A stretch of DNA of 64,000 nt from Erysipelotrichaceae bacterium (GCA_963678045.2 CAXXCK010000004.1:17380-81379), one strand, 5' to 3'. Shown: positions 8,256 to 15,620, counted from the first letter of the stretch. Program-made: numbers and translations. The notes: a model not told the origin generated them from the sequence alone.

Positions 8256-8546
8256 CTATGCACCTTTCCTTTGGAAGTATGGATCTTCCGGATGATTCTT
8301 TAAGTGGTTCATGCAATCCTGACACAACTCAAATTCAGGATCCTCAGTGGTCGATATGTCGAACTTCTTACCACAGCGGATGCAGGTTTCAAGGTATGTG
8401 TTTCGTGGTGCCTTGATATGAATAAGTTGTTTTGCCAGTTGGTCCTCCAGTCGATTCTGGCGTGTTGCTTCAACCCAGTAGGCCATAAACGTCATTCCCA
8501 GATAGAAGCAAACAAGGCCGACTACCGACACTTCGATAATGTTCAT
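8256..8546 (-). CDS. Small membrane-anchored zinc-ribbon protein
   Basis: One N-terminal TM helix and CxxC...CxxC (CIRCGKKF...CQDC). The start overlaps the upstream stop (ATGA). Confidence 0.5.
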   Translation of the reverse strand: MNIIEVSVVGLVCFYLGMTFMAYWVEATRQNRLEDQLAKQLIHIKAPRNTYLETCIRCGKKFDISTTEDPEFELCQDCMNHLKNHPEDPYFQRKGA

Positions 8547-8785
8547 AGTTGATCCTCAACCCCTTCCTGGTCTTGTGATGTCTTAGATTTCGCTGGTGAA
8601 AATAAGAACATTAGATTGATAAGTAGTGAGATAATCAGTACCGAGATCGTCAACAGCAAAGAAATTCTTAGTGCTTGCGTTTCACTCGATCTGCGGTATA
8701 ATTTGGGTGTCTTATATGCAGTTTTAAGGGCACCGTTTGCAGACGGTGTTTTTATTTCGTCATCAAGAAATCTTATAAATTTCAT
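8543..8785 (-). CDS. Small membrane protein (80 aa)
   Basis: Has a central hydrophobic helix (LRISLLLTISVLIISLLINLMFLF). It lies in the operon frame. Confidence 0.45.
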   Translation of the reverse strand: MKFIRFLDDEIKTPSANGALKTAYKTPKLYRRSSETQALRISLLLTISVLIISLLINLMFLFSPAKSKTSQDQEGVEDQL

Positions 8786-9101
8786 TCATTGTACCTTCAA
8801 GTCGGCCGTGGTTCTTTTGGCCAACTAGGTCCTGACTGATATGATCGATCGGTAACTTCGTATCGAAGTAGTGATGTTTGAAACGGCTGTCTTCAGAATG
8901 CTGGTAGCGTTTGATTTCTTTTTCTGATGCATGCTCTTTTCTAACATAAACACCGGTGCCAATATCCGATTTGATAAACACGATGCCCTCTTTCACCAGG
9001 GCTTTGATTGCCCTACGGACCGTTCGTTCTGATTCATAATCGGTTTTGTAAATGATTCTTAAAGTTCTGAATAATTCTTTATACTCCTGCAGTTTGCTCA
9101 T
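8763..9101 (-). CDS. Hypothetical early protein, possibly winged-helix
   Basis: I moved the start to ATG 9101 (MSKLQEYKEL) with AAGGAAG upstream. The track start 9188 would lack an RBS. Confidence 0.5.
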   Translation of the reverse strand: MSKLQEYKELFRTLRIIYKTDYESERTVRRAIKALVKEGIVFIKSDIGTGVYVRKEHASEKEIKRYQHSEDSRFKHHYFDTKLPIDHISQDLVGQKNHGRLEGTMNEIYKIS

Positions 9102-9255
9102 GGAGTTCTGCTTCCTTTCTTTTCTGTCTACAATCATCCCGGTACGCATCAATGAACAGCTGCGCGACTTGAGTGAACTCCTCTTCACTCATTACTCGGA
9201 CATGGATGTTGAATTGGCGACCTCTGGTTCTTTTGTTTGGTTTTGTTTCGTTCAT
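9079..9255 (-). CDS. Possible 58-aa basic small protein, below the track cutoff
   Basis: My translation is MNETKPNKRTRGRQFNIHVRVMSEEEFTQVAQLFIDAYRDDCRQKRKEAELHEQTAGV, with AAGAAGG 4 nt before the ATG. It resembles a ribbon-helix-helix protein, but only loosely. Confidence 0.3.
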   Translation of the reverse strand: MNETKPNKRTRGRQFNIHVRVMSEEEFTQVAQLFIDAYRDDCRQKRKEAELHEQTAGV

Positions 9256-9315
9256 ATGCCTTCTTTCTGATTTGCACCAAGTCAGAAAGATATAATTGAC
9301 TTGGAGGATTTACGA

Positions 9316-9549
9316 ATGTTCAAAGTCTATGCTTGCCTTGCTGGCCAGTGGATCTGTACCAGTGGTGATCCGGAGTGCCGATATGGAAATGATCTTAAGA
9401 CATTGGATGAATGGTGGTTATCCGGATGCCCTTTAACTTCGCCCGGATCAATGACTCAGAAGTCACTGATTGATGTACCTTACGTTGATATTCACTTTCA
9501 AGGATCGAGATATCGCGTTCACCCAAGTCTGATCCAGTTTGTTGAATGA
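9316..9549 (+). CDS. Hypothetical 77-aa Cys/Trp-rich protein on the opposite strand to the early operon
   Basis: ATG 9316 has GGAGG 8 nt upstream. The competing minus-strand ORF 9395..9580 has no RBS. Confidence 0.4.
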   Translation: MFKVYACLAGQWICTSGDPECRYGNDLKTLDEWWLSGCPLTSPGSMTQKSLIDVPYVDIHFQGSRYRVHPSLIQFVE

Positions 9550-9623
9550 TCTGATCCGCTGATTCACTATGAACACCCATTTATGTGTTGTATAATTTGC
9601 TCAACTATCTAGGGGGGGCCATA

Positions 9624-9995
9624 ATGAAGCTTAATCACGATTGCGTTAGAGACGTATTATTAGCTATTGAAGCATTACCTTATGATTCGGTAGTTACTAT
9701 TGATGAACTTAATGTTTCCGGATATGATCAGGATGCTATTCGATACATCGTTTTACGGCTCCACGAAGCTGGGTTCATTGATGGAAGTGAGGCTTCAAGT
9801 AATGATGAGTACGAATGTCTGATCCGTTCACTCACCTTTGTTGGTCATGAGTTTCTCGATAATATTCGACCACAAGAGACATGGGATAAGACAAAGGCTA
9901 TAGCATCTAGAGTTGGATCCGCGTCTCTCGATGTTATGGCAAACATTGCTGCCCAAGTAACAACTAGTCTGATTTCAAAGATGATGGGATTATGA
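9624..9995 (+). CDS. DUF2513-like winged-helix protein
   Basis: MKLNHDCVRDVLLAIEALPYD...IRYIVLRLHEAGFIDG...FVGHEFLDNIR matches my memory of DUF2513. ATG 9624 follows a G-rich RBS, and a TATAAT lies at 9591..9596. Confidence 0.6.
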   Translation: MKLNHDCVRDVLLAIEALPYDSVVTIDELNVSGYDQDAIRYIVLRLHEAGFIDGSEASSNDEYECLIRSLTFVGHEFLDNIRPQETWDKTKAIASRVGSASLDVMANIAAQVTTSLISKMMGL

Positions 9996-10131
9996 TTTGT
10001 TGTATCTCTAGAGTCGCTATTTCTTTGTACTGGTGAGTAAACTTTACACCGATCAATCGATCAACCTTCACACCATTTATATATACTTCAGTCTTCGATC
10101 CATCACTGATGATCTTTAGTTTGTCTTCCAT
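9964..10131 (-). CDS. Possible 55-aa small protein downstream of cro, below the track cutoff
   Basis: My translation is MEDKLKIISDGSKTEVYINGVKVDRLIGVKFTHQYKEIATLEIQQIIIPSSLKSD. A strong RBS (AGGAGGGAAGG) precedes ATG 10131. Confidence 0.35.
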   Translation of the reverse strand: MEDKLKIISDGSKTEVYINGVKVDRLIGVKFTHQYKEIATLEIQQIIIPSSLKSD

Positions 10132-10174
10132 CCTTCCCTCCTTTCTACAGCTCCTCCTGTTGATCTACAGAGTC

Positions 10175-10405
10175 TTAAACTTCTTTTCTTGAGAAGAAGT
10201 AAGAAGGCGCTTCTTCAAGCGGAATTTTCAACAGTTCACATGCTCTGTGCATTTCCGGGCTGTCGAATCCGATTTGATTATTCAAACGCTTAGAAAGAGA
10301 AACTGAGGAGATACCTAATGCTTTCGCAAAAGACATTTCCGTATGGTAAACCTCTTTGATTCGACCTCTAAGTTTTGAATAGTCAAACCTTACTACGATG
10401 GTCAT
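10175..10405 (-). CDS. cro: Cro-like HTH regulator
   Basis: HTH SFAKALGISSVSLSKRLNN, divergent from cI. I moved the start to ATG 10405, 8 nt after AAAGGAG. Confidence 0.7.
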   Translation of the reverse strand: MTIVVRFDYSKLRGRIKEVYHTEMSFAKALGISSVSLSKRLNNQIGFDSPEMHRACELLKIPLEEAPSYFFSRKEV

Positions 10406-10422
10406 TAACATCACTCCTTTCA

Positions 10423-10533
10423 CTTAAGTTATCTTAAGTTATCTACATTATAGTCTTAAGATATCTTAAGTCAATAGGGATATTTTAGATTTCTTAATTA
10501 TTTTTACTATTTATGTTGATAAGAATTAAGAAA
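10423..10533. promoter_or_regulatory. Operator set of the lysis/lysogeny switch
   Basis: CTTAAGTTATCTTAAG lies at 10423..10438. The perfect 16-bp palindrome CTTAAGATATCTTAAG lies at 10455..10470. A 10-bp inverted repeat, TTTCTTAATT (10490..10499) and AATTAAGAAA (10524..10533), is also present. That gives six CTTAA half-sites in total. Confidence 0.55.
10447..10474 (-). promoter_or_regulatory. Leftward early promoter (cro side)
   Basis: On the minus strand, TTGACT (10474..10469), a 16-nt spacer, then TATAAT (10452..10447). The perfect palindrome fills the spacer. Confidence 0.5.
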
Positions 10534-10543
10534 TGTTTATAAT
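10516..10543 (+). promoter_or_regulatory. Rightward promoter for the cI operon
   Basis: TTGATA (10516..10521), a 16-nt spacer, TATAAT (10538..10543), then RBS GAGGTGA and GTG 10562. Confidence 0.55.
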
Positions 10544-10561
10544 GTGGGTTGAGGTGATACA

Positions 10562-11209
10562 GTGGAAACATTTGCAGAGAGACTACAACAAGCACTACAG
10601 TTCAGAAATATAAAGCCTTCTGAGCTCGCAACAAAGACGGGCCTAAGCCAATCTCTGATTTCACAATATTTAAGCGGAAAATTCGAAGCTAAGAATGACA
10701 AAATCAGTGCTATAGCAACAGCACTTGAAGTTAATGAGTCTTGGTTAGCTGGATTTTCTTCTGTTATTGATAATAAAGAGACTGTTAAGGCGATCTTACC
10801 CGTTAAAGTCATGACCAACAAGATACCGGTATACGGTCGGATTCCTGCAGGCGTTCCGTTCGAAGCAATCCAGGACATCCTCGAAGATGTCGAGATCCCC
10901 AGCTGGCTGGCTGAAAAAAAAGACCTGTTCGGTCTCAAAGTAGTTGGTGATTCAATGAATAAGGTTATTCCGGACGGGGCCATAGCGGTCCTCCAAAAGA
11001 CGGAGCACCTTAACAATGGTGAGATCGGGGCCATCCTTGTAAACGGGTTTGACGCCACGCTGAAGAAATTCTACAAGCTTACGGACAGTATCGTCCTGGA
11101 ACCACTCAGCTACAACCCATCCTACGAACCCATGGTAATAAAAGAAAATAGCCAGGATGTAAAGGCGATCGGTAGACTCGTCTGGTTTTGTGCTGCGGAG
11201 GCAATGTAA
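10562..11209 (+). CDS. cI: CI/LexA-like repressor (XRE HTH + S24 peptidase)
   Basis: N-terminal HTH (ELATKTGLSQSLISQYLSG). The C-terminal S24 domain has GDSM and LKKF catalytic Ser/Lys motifs. Confidence 0.85.
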   Translation: METFAERLQQALQFRNIKPSELATKTGLSQSLISQYLSGKFEAKNDKISAIATALEVNESWLAGFSSVIDNKETVKAILPVKVMTNKIPVYGRIPAGVPFEAIQDILEDVEIPSWLAEKKDLFGLKVVGDSMNKVIPDGAIAVLQKTEHLNNGEIGAILVNGFDATLKKFYKLTDSIVLEPLSYNPSYEPMVIKENSQDVKAIGRLVWFCAAEAM

Positions 11210-11212
11210 ATT

Positions 11213-11461
11213 ATGCACATTTTCTTCATGACACGAAGAGATATTTATGAAGCAATGGACATTGCACCATCAATGGCAACAAAGATGATCAAGCTCTACA
11301 ACGAAGACGTAACTAAACGTGGATACACTCTAATCAACAATGGCACAGTTCATATAAAGACGTTTTGTGAGTTTCACCATATTGATCATGATCAGTTAGT
11401 TGAGAATATTCTAGAGATTAGAAAAATCAGACCGAAGTACTCAAGAACGAGTCCTCTATAG
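11213..11461 (+). CDS. Small protein, possibly DNA-binding (excisionase/DUF3173-like)
   Basis: It starts 3 nt after the cI stop. RRDIYEAMDIAPSMATKMIKLYNEDVTKRGY resembles small HTH proteins found next to recombinases. The assignment is weak. Confidence 0.4.
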   Translation: MHIFFMTRRDIYEAMDIAPSMATKMIKLYNEDVTKRGYTLINNGTVHIKTFCEFHHIDHDQLVENILEIRKIRPKYSRTSPL

Positions 11462-11470
11462 GTCCAAGAT

Positions 11471-12487
11471 ATGAAAATATTCAACCCAGCAGGTTCAAGA
11501 CAAAGCAAGAAAGGAAGAAGAGAAAGATTAGTTGATTTTTCGATTAAGCATCCCTATATCTTTTCATTTGCTTTGATTGTATTGGAGATATCGACATTCA
11601 GTAATAACAATTGGGTCATCGCTGTTATAAATGGATTGATGACACTTACTTGCATCATTTTAGTATTTGCACTAAATAAAACAAAGGATAGTTCGGATGT
11701 TTTTTATAGTCTGACCATAATCTTGGCACCACTATTTCTTATTATCACTTACATAATGACGCTTATTGGAAAGTTCCTTATACCTGTGATTTTTCAGATC
11801 GGATCCATTGAATCATGGATAGGCTTTGCCGGATCGATATTAGGAGGAACTATTACTATGATAGCTGTCTCCTACACTATAAGTAGTGAATCAAGACTAA
11901 AGAGAAAAGAAATAGCACTGACATCGATGCCTAATTTGCTTATTGGATTATCTGGTTCATACGCGCTTGGTATAAGCTCAACCACTCTTAATGGAGAGCA
12001 AGTTCAAGACGATTTCTACTCTATTCATATAGAACCAACTATCGAAAATATATCAGCATATCCAGCCCAGAACCTAAAATTCACTCGTGCAGAAGTAATG
12101 ATTCACGAATCATTTCTCTATGGTCTTGATAAGAAGACCAAGCCAGTGAGTCTGATATCCAAACTCGATCAATTCAATGCCGATAAGATAGTGAATATTT
12201 TTATTCAAAAAGAAAATAAGATTTCGTTCCCAATCATGTTTGATTATCCAATACCAAAAGATAAAAATGATGACGTGAACATGGTACTAATAGAAATTGA
12301 CTTTGAATATCAAGATATGATGCAATGCTTTACACATAAGAAGAAATGTAAGATCGAATTTACTCCAGGTTTTCCTAAACCAGATAGAAAGTCAAAAAAG
12401 AAAGTACACCCAATAATTATTATCCCAGAGATTACGAACACACCTTTGAAAAATGAAGAACTTGCAGATGCATTTAAAACACACTGA
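11471..12487 (+). CDS. Hypothetical membrane protein: 4-5 N-terminal TM helices plus a ~190-aa soluble C-terminal domain
   Basis: Hydrophobic helices occupy residues ~25-150, followed by a mixed beta-like domain and a Lys-rich tail. It starts 9 nt after the preceding gene. The DNA is very AT-rich. I recognise no family. Confidence 0.6.
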   Translation: MKIFNPAGSRQSKKGRRERLVDFSIKHPYIFSFALIVLEISTFSNNNWVIAVINGLMTLTCIILVFALNKTKDSSDVFYSLTIILAPLFLIITYIMTLIGKFLIPVIFQIGSIESWIGFAGSILGGTITMIAVSYTISSESRLKRKEIALTSMPNLLIGLSGSYALGISSTTLNGEQVQDDFYSIHIEPTIENISAYPAQNLKFTRAEVMIHESFLYGLDKKTKPVSLISKLDQFNADKIVNIFIQKENKISFPIMFDYPIPKDKNDDVNMVLIEIDFEYQDMMQCFTHKKKCKIEFTPGFPKPDRKSKKKVHPIIIIPEITNTPLKNEELADAFKTH

Positions 12488-12581
12488 TGGGGCCAGGGTG
12501 TCGTGTAGCAATCTTCAGGAAAGGAGAATGACTACATAGACATCATAGTATAATTACAGAAAATAACAATTGGGAGAAACC

Positions 12582-13562
12582 ATGAAGGAAAAGCCATTCT
12601 TAACATTTAATTCACAGATGAAGTATCTAAGGGATAAGAAAAAAATTGAATGCTATGGTAGCAACCATAAAACTTTCTTAATAAAGTATGGTTATTTCAA
12701 TCTCATAAATGCCTATAAATTCCCTTTTGTGAAAGGATTCGATACAGATGGAGATCACATCTATATTGGTGGAACCAGTATTGAGCATTTCGTTTTACTA
12801 AAACAATTTGATGATAACCTTAGAATTCTTCTTCTACAAACACTTACCAGAGTTGAAGAAGAAATCAGAAATTTGGTTTCGTATAAACTAGATCATACAA
12901 ACGGTAAATCACTTGAATGGTATGATGTTCAATCTTATAACCCAAGAAAAGATACTCAAGATATTATAAGAGTAATTTCGAGGTGCTTCAGTTCTATTGA
13001 TAAAATGAAAAACGATTACGTTTCGCACTACACCGATAAATACGGAAAGGTCCCAACATGGATCTTCACTAAAGTAATAAAGTTCTCAGAGCTAATTGAT
13101 GTTATTGGAATATCTCGTGTTGAAATTCTGGAAGCATTGTGCACTCTCTATAATCTCAAGGATAAAAGGGGGATTAACAAACACAGCCTTCTAATAAACT
13201 CTCTACATACTATCAGATCAGTTAGAAACTCTTGTGCTCACAATGAAAGAATAGTATTCTTTAGAGATCCTGACAGCCGAATGAATTTGCCATTTGAAAC
13301 CTTCATTGTTAGTCCCAATAGATATAAAAATGACCGTGATAAACTTTTAATCGACTTGATAGTATCGCTAAAGTATTTCATGGACTCGAGAGATTATGAA
13401 AGTTTAATTAATCAGATTATCTCAATGCTTGATAGCCTAGCCACTCAGATAAATCCAAGCGCCTTTGATGCAATAAGAGGTAGTCTTGGCATTAAAAGAA
13501 TGACAGATTTGGTCTTCCTGAGGGATCAAAACCGCAATAAAATCCTCTATAACAATTTCTAG
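12582..13562 (+). CDS. Abi_2 (AbiD/AbiF-like) abortive-infection protein with a HEPN Rx4H motif
   Basis: N-terminus KPFLTFNSQMKYLRDKK...YGYFNLINAYK and the motif IRSVRNSCAHNERI (DNA 13221..13250), where RNSCAH is the Rx4H signature. I moved the start to ATG 12582, after GGGAGA. Confidence 0.75.
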   Translation: MKEKPFLTFNSQMKYLRDKKKIECYGSNHKTFLIKYGYFNLINAYKFPFVKGFDTDGDHIYIGGTSIEHFVLLKQFDDNLRILLLQTLTRVEEEIRNLVSYKLDHTNGKSLEWYDVQSYNPRKDTQDIIRVISRCFSSIDKMKNDYVSHYTDKYGKVPTWIFTKVIKFSELIDVIGISRVEILEALCTLYNLKDKRGINKHSLLINSLHTIRSVRNSCAHNERIVFFRDPDSRMNLPFETFIVSPNRYKNDRDKLLIDLIVSLKYFMDSRDYESLINQIISMLDSLATQINPSAFDAIRGSLGIKRMTDLVFLRDQNRNKILYNNF

Positions 13563-13571
13563 GAATATCAA

Positions 13572-13600
13572 TTGACGGTCAATATTGCCTATGATAATAT
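13572..13600 (+). promoter_or_regulatory. Candidate sigma-A promoter between abi and int
   Basis: TTGACG (13572..13577), a 17-nt spacer, then TAATAT (13595..13600) with an upstream TG at 13592..13593 (extended -10). Confidence 0.4.
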
Positions 13601-13632
13601 GTATTTGTGAGATATCCAGTGAACGCTGGATG

Positions 13633-13672
13633 AAAAACCACAGTACATAGTATTGTGGTTTTTCGCTTTTTT
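13633..13672 (+). terminator. Rho-independent terminator 16 nt upstream of the int start codon
   Basis: AAAAACCACA (13633..13642) pairs with TGTGGTTTTT (13654..13663) around an 11-nt loop, followed by CGCTTTTTT. Confidence 0.6.
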
Positions 13673-13688
13673 AGAGTAAGGAGTAAGT

Positions 13689-15257
13689 ATGAAAAAAGCT
13701 GCCGCATACGCTCGCTTCAGTAGTGACAATCAGCGCCAGGAAAGCATCGATGCTCAAGTAAGGGCCATTCAGGACTACTGTGCAAAGTGTGAACTCCATC
13801 TGATCAAGATTTACCAGGACGAAGCGATGAGCGCCACTAACGATCAGCGGGATCAGTTCCTTCAGATGATTGATGACGCAAAGAAGCATGAGTTCGAGTA
13901 CGTAATCGTCCACAAGCTGGACCGATTCGCGCGTAACCGGTATGACAGTGCGTTTTACAAACGCGAGCTGAGGGTTCAAGGCGTCAGGATCTTGTCGGTC
14001 CTCGAGAATCTAGATGACAGCCCGGAATCGATCATACTTGAATCAGTTCTGGAGGGCATGGCCGAATACTACTCAAAGAACCTTGCCCGGGAAGTTCGCA
14101 AAGGCCAAAAAGAAAATGCTCTAAAGGGGATCCACAACGGTGGCATTCCTCCATTTGGATATAGCGTGGTCAATAAGATTTTAGCGATCAATGAGCAGGA
14201 AGCTGAGATCGTCCGGATGATCTTCAAGCTATATAATGAAGGCAGCGGGTATACAACGATCAGTGATACCCTGAATTCTTTGGGATATAAGACGAGAGCC
14301 GGAAGACCGTTTTCAATCAATAGTCTCTATGATCTGATCCGGAACGAGAAGTATACCGGCACTTACGTTTTCAACAAGCGTGAGTCTAAGAGCACCGGTA
14401 ATCGAAAATACAAACCGGATGATCAGATCGTAAGAATAGAGGGCGCGTTCCCTGCTATCATTTCAAGAGAACTTTGGGATATGGTTCAAGAGATCATATC
14501 AAAGAAAACGAACGTGCGGAGGCTGGCAACCAGAGAGTACTTGCTCAAAGGGAAGATCGTTTGTGCTATCTGTGGCGGTACCTATGTCGGCAGCGGCTAT
14601 GTTCTTCACAATGATAGTGATCACTACACCTATTCATGTTCAACCAGAAGAAGATCCAAAGAGTGTGATAACAAACCGGTTTATGCCGGCTATCTTGAAG
14701 ATTACATAGTCCACCATATTATTGGTAACTTCATGACAGACCAGTACATTGAGAATGTCACCAAGAAATTCAATGAGGATAGTGCAAAAGAACTTGATGA
14801 GAACATGGCTATTCTGGCCAGAGTGGATAAGCAAACTGCTAAACAACAACAAAAAGAAACCAAGCTCTGGGAACTTTTCTATGATGGGATCATCACGAAA
14901 GCAGTGTTCCAGGAGAAACAGGTTGAGCTTGAGAACGAGCTTAAGGATCTGGAAAAAGTAAAATCGGAAGTAATGAACAAGAAGGTCGTTAAGACAATGT
15001 CGCCGGAGTCCTTCACAGAGTTTTTGCTTGATCTGCAGAACAAAGCTAAGGATGATAATCAAAACACAAAAAAACTGCTCATTGCAGCTTTTGTCGACCG
15101 TGTCGTAGTCAATAAGGAAATAATTGATCTCCATTTCCGAGATTATATCAAGGAAACAAAGACCAATTATAGTGATGCGACTGGTGGAGATGAGGGGAGT
15201 CGAACCCCTGTCCAAATTGCGTCCACATTCAACCCTCTACAGTTTAGTCTGAGGTGA
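13689..15257 (+). CDS. int: Large serine recombinase (phage integrase)
   Basis: It has a resolvase N-terminal domain (AAYARFSSDNQ...VHKLDRFARN), a recombinase domain, and a zinc-ribbon (CAICGG...YSCSTRRRSKECDN). A coiled coil follows. The last 76 nt overlap ssrA in antisense. Confidence 0.9.
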   Translation: MKKAAAYARFSSDNQRQESIDAQVRAIQDYCAKCELHLIKIYQDEAMSATNDQRDQFLQMIDDAKKHEFEYVIVHKLDRFARNRYDSAFYKRELRVQGVRILSVLENLDDSPESIILESVLEGMAEYYSKNLAREVRKGQKENALKGIHNGGIPPFGYSVVNKILAINEQEAEIVRMIFKLYNEGSGYTTISDTLNSLGYKTRAGRPFSINSLYDLIRNEKYTGTYVFNKRESKSTGNRKYKPDDQIVRIEGAFPAIISRELWDMVQEIISKKTNVRRLATREYLLKGKIVCAICGGTYVGSGYVLHNDSDHYTYSCSTRRRSKECDNKPVYAGYLEDYIVHHIIGNFMTDQYIENVTKKFNEDSAKELDENMAILARVDKQTAKQQQKETKLWELFYDGIITKAVFQEKQVELENELKDLEKVKSEVMNKKVVKTMSPESFTEFLLDLQNKAKDDNQNTKKLLIAAFVDRVVVNKEIIDLHFRDYIKETKTNYSDATGGDEGSRTPVQIASTFNPLQFSLR

Positions 15258-15525
15258 TAATCACCGGGTTTGCGTCAGACAGGCTCCCGATGATTTGTTC
15301 TACTGGTGTTTAGCTAAGCTTTGTAAGAACGACTGGCTTAACGATCCCATCTTTTTTGTGCCGTCTATAAACCCAATGGGCAGGGTTCAAAGAGACAGCT
15401 GCGCTCCGCTAGGAGACTAAGCAGCGAAACTTAATTTGTTTCCGTTTAAAGTTTTTTGGCAATTAGGTCGCCACTCCACTGCAGATTGAATCCAACAGAC
15501 AACCTGTCGAAACCATGACACCCCC
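15182..15525 (-). ncRNA. ssrA: tmRNA (SsrA)
   Basis: On the minus strand the 5' end is GGGGGTGTCATGGTTTCGACAGG and the 3' end is GGACAGGGGTTCGACTCCCCTCATCTCCACCA (T-arm, acceptor and CCA). The tag frame reads ...AAC GGA AAC AAA TTA AGT TTC GCT GCT TAG, which is ...NGNKLSFAA-stop. Confidence 0.9.
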
Positions 15526-15536
15526 ATGGCACAATT

Positions 15537-15565
15537 ACTATAACGCTAAGATACAGTCTTGTCAA
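15537..15565 (-). promoter_or_regulatory. ssrA promoter
   Basis: On the minus strand, TTGACA (15565..15560), a 17-nt spacer, then TATAGT (15542..15537). It lies 11 nt upstream of the mature 5' GGGGG. Confidence 0.6.
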
Positions 15566-15620
15566 TGAAGATGTCCATGATCTTGGTCATGAGAAAGTTT
15601 GGATATGATATCATAATGTC

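Larger units (their letters stand above)
1..15257. mobile_element. Prophage, partial. Right arm only, with packaging genes running off the left edge. Integrated at the 3' end of ssrA.
   Basis: Contiguous phage modules: terL, terS, late activator, SSB, replication, RecT/MBL/ATPase, cro/cI, serine recombinase. The block abuts the tmRNA 3' end. The exact right junction lies somewhere in 15182..15257 and cannot be fixed without the attL copy. Confidence 0.85.

Noticed and set aside
9395-9580. Minus-strand 61-aa ORF as part of the early operon
   Set aside because: It has no RBS before its ATG. It overlaps the plus-strand ORF 9316..9549, which has a good GGAGG.
10537-11218. Minus-strand ORFs 10537..11058 (173 aa) and 10952..11218 (88 aa)
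   Set aside because: They are antisense to the well-supported CI repressor gene and have no start context.
13671-15215. Minus-strand ORFs 13671..13979, 14069..14320 and 14640..15215
   Set aside because: They are antisense shadows inside the serine recombinase gene.
15182-15260. A free tRNA gene at the prophage junction
   Set aside because: The T-arm, acceptor and CCA are the 3' tRNA-like domain of tmRNA. The matching 5' end and tag ORF lie at 15400..15525, so this is not an independent tRNA.
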